From: Hypanus sabinus
Lineage: Eukaryota
NCBI RefSeq assembly: GCF_030144855.1
Contig: NC_082738.1
Coordinates: 5,270,001-5,334,000, forward strand
DNA length: 64,000 bases
Reading direction: 5' to 3'
The notes below the pieces were generated by a model. It did not search any database. It worked only from the letters and a program-made list of their open reading frames with translations, and was not told the origin of the DNA. Shown piece by piece: positions 62,164-64,000 of this stretch; the stretch's first letter is position 1; every line of letters begins with the position of its first letter. A program made the translations under genes and the position numbers.

Positions 62164-63369
62164 CATGAAGTGCCAGTAGCATTATACTGTTTACTTTTTA
62201 ACTTGTGACATATATGCGCCTTATTATTTGTTAATTTATTTGTGGTAATATTACTTATAGAGTTGCGTGAGAGCTATATGTACTGTGTTGTGCACCTTGG
62301 TCAGGAGGAATATTGTCTCATTTGGATGTATACAGGTGCACGGTTGAATGATAATAAACTTGAACTGATCAGGACACTTTGAAATGGTGCCACACCTGAA
62401 AGTATCTAGAGACAGAAATGGTCCTCTCTTGTTACTGTTAAATGCGCAACAGTGTAGTGATTGTGCATTAGTATGTCTGAAATTCAATTCTAGTGAACTC
62501 AATATAAAGCTTTATCAATATGTGTGCAAATCTAGACACTGGACGGTGACATTTTACCCTTCAAAGAGCAATATAAGTGTTTAACCTGCTCAGAAAATGG
62601 AACTGAAGTTCCAGTGTTGCTGTGAGTGTGTGTTACATTGACCCAGGTACACTGAACTGCTTTGTTTGCCCTTCCAACACATCAAAGTCCAGATGCAACT
62701 CAGGTACAAGGCTGGCAGAGAATGCACTGGTGTCCAGTACCAGTGGTGGGGGGAAGGAAGGCTTCATTGAGCAGCAGGTAGTACAGTTAACTCCCAGCTC
62801 CAGTAATTGCAGAGTTTGCATGGATCTCCACCAGCCCTTTACTTTCCTCCCACATCCACGACTGGCTGACAGCAGCTCTAAATGACTGCTCAGAGTGGGC
62901 GAGTGGAAAGAAGATGACCGAGGTGGTGCAGAGAATAGTTCAAGTGATATAGATGGGAATATGGGATTGGTCATAGAATCTGCATGAATTACAGTGTCAT
63001 TACAAAATATGAACACTTGACTGCCCTTTATGGAAGGGATCGGAGAAGGTCAGCACTTGACAGGAAAAGGATCAGGGAACTTGGGCAAAGGAACTGGATT
63101 CTGGAGGGAAGCAAGGTGAGAAATTCATGTATTGGGGGCTGGTGTGTAGTGACTCCGGGCTGGGGGCATCTGGGTCAATTTACTGAAGTCTCAAGCGTGG
63201 AGAGTAATTTACTTCACTGGAAGGTTTCCCAGGAGGGAGACCTCGTAATCACAGGAGATCCCAGCTATGGGCACCCCCTGGATAACACAGGCCAAGTGAA
63301 CCGTCATGCTCCACTGCTCACATTGGGCACAATGTTAACCACAATTTTCAAACAGTTTTAACACAACTT

Positions 63370-64000
63370 CAACTTTTAAATGACAGATATTTGGAATTAT
63401 AGAACTCTAGATTCGCTATGCCTTCAAGGAGGTGATGGGAGGTTCTAGGGAGAGAGTTACTGGTGAGACGGTAGTGTATGGGGAGAAGATTGGGAGGGTG
63501 ATACTGAAGGATAGGGCTGAACTGGGGAAGTGGGGATAAGAAAGAGGAGAGGAGGTCAAGAAGGATCGGGGAAGTAATCTTTAGATATGGATGTGGGAGT
63601 AAAGTATGGGCGAATGGGGACATGATAGGAAGATATAGGATTTGTGAGAGAATCAAGATAGACTGGATGTCGCCAGGGGACAATGGTGCAGGGAAACAAT
63701 GGCAGCATCAGGGAGGCTAATGAATGGATTAGAGGAGCAGCTGAAGATACAAATATGGTCATAGAGTCTGAGGTTCCTTCCCATAGATGAGAACATGGAG
63801 TGGTTTAAAATGAAATTTCAATGTGCAGCAGGAAGAACGATGGAAAGTAGAACTGAATTGTAACAATGGGAAAAGTAAAGAATAAGCTGGAGAGGGAGCT
63901 GAGAACATGCATCAAGTCCAGGGAGAGAAGGACTGAGAAAGGGAACCTGCTGCTGGGGCTGCAGTAGAGTGCAGGGAATACATAAGGTAAAGACACAGTG
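63370..64000 (-). mobile_element. Ancient L2/CR1-clade RT remnant
   Basis: Purine-rich plus strand; minus-strand peptide HYRLTSNSL...LLE weakly resembles NYRPISNL.F.SKLLE. Confidence 0.35.

Noticed and set aside
60650-64000. Next upstream FMNL1 exon (expected QLNAII.AS.S.KSS.KL..ILE-like)
   Set aside because: No matching peptide with splice sites found by eye; probably beyond the window.

Overview
Vertebrate nuclear DNA, most likely from a cartilaginous fish (ray or shark; inferred from the CR1, Rex1/Babar, Penelope and V-SINE repeat complement, not proven). About half of the window is decayed or nested transposable elements, and most ORFs in the supplied track are TE fragments or noise. The one clearly recognisable gene is the 3' half of FMNL1 (formin-like 1) on the minus strand. 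Six constitutive exons (60648 down to 47980) encode the end of FH2 and the DAD, all with GT-AG borders and consistent phases. They are followed by two alternative C-terminal exons: alpha-type 45143-45255 and beta-type terminal exon starting at 34852. The most interesting signals are in the splicing architecture of that tail: (i) a candidate 15-nt in-frame UGC-flanked microexon (38425-38439), (ii) a ~430-nt AG-exclusion zone with a distant branch point ahead of the alpha exon, and (iii) a sense-oriented 214-bp solo LTR with its own TATA and polyA signal in the last intron. Also present: two related ~0.8-kb solo LTRs with perfect 4-bp TSDs, hAT and Tc1 non-autonomous elements, decayed hammerhead-ribozyme motifs in Penelope repeats, two bipartite Rex1-tailed elements, and a weak candidate plus-strand terminal exon near 25.7-26.0 kb. 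Repeat boundaries without TSD/TIR support are approximate.
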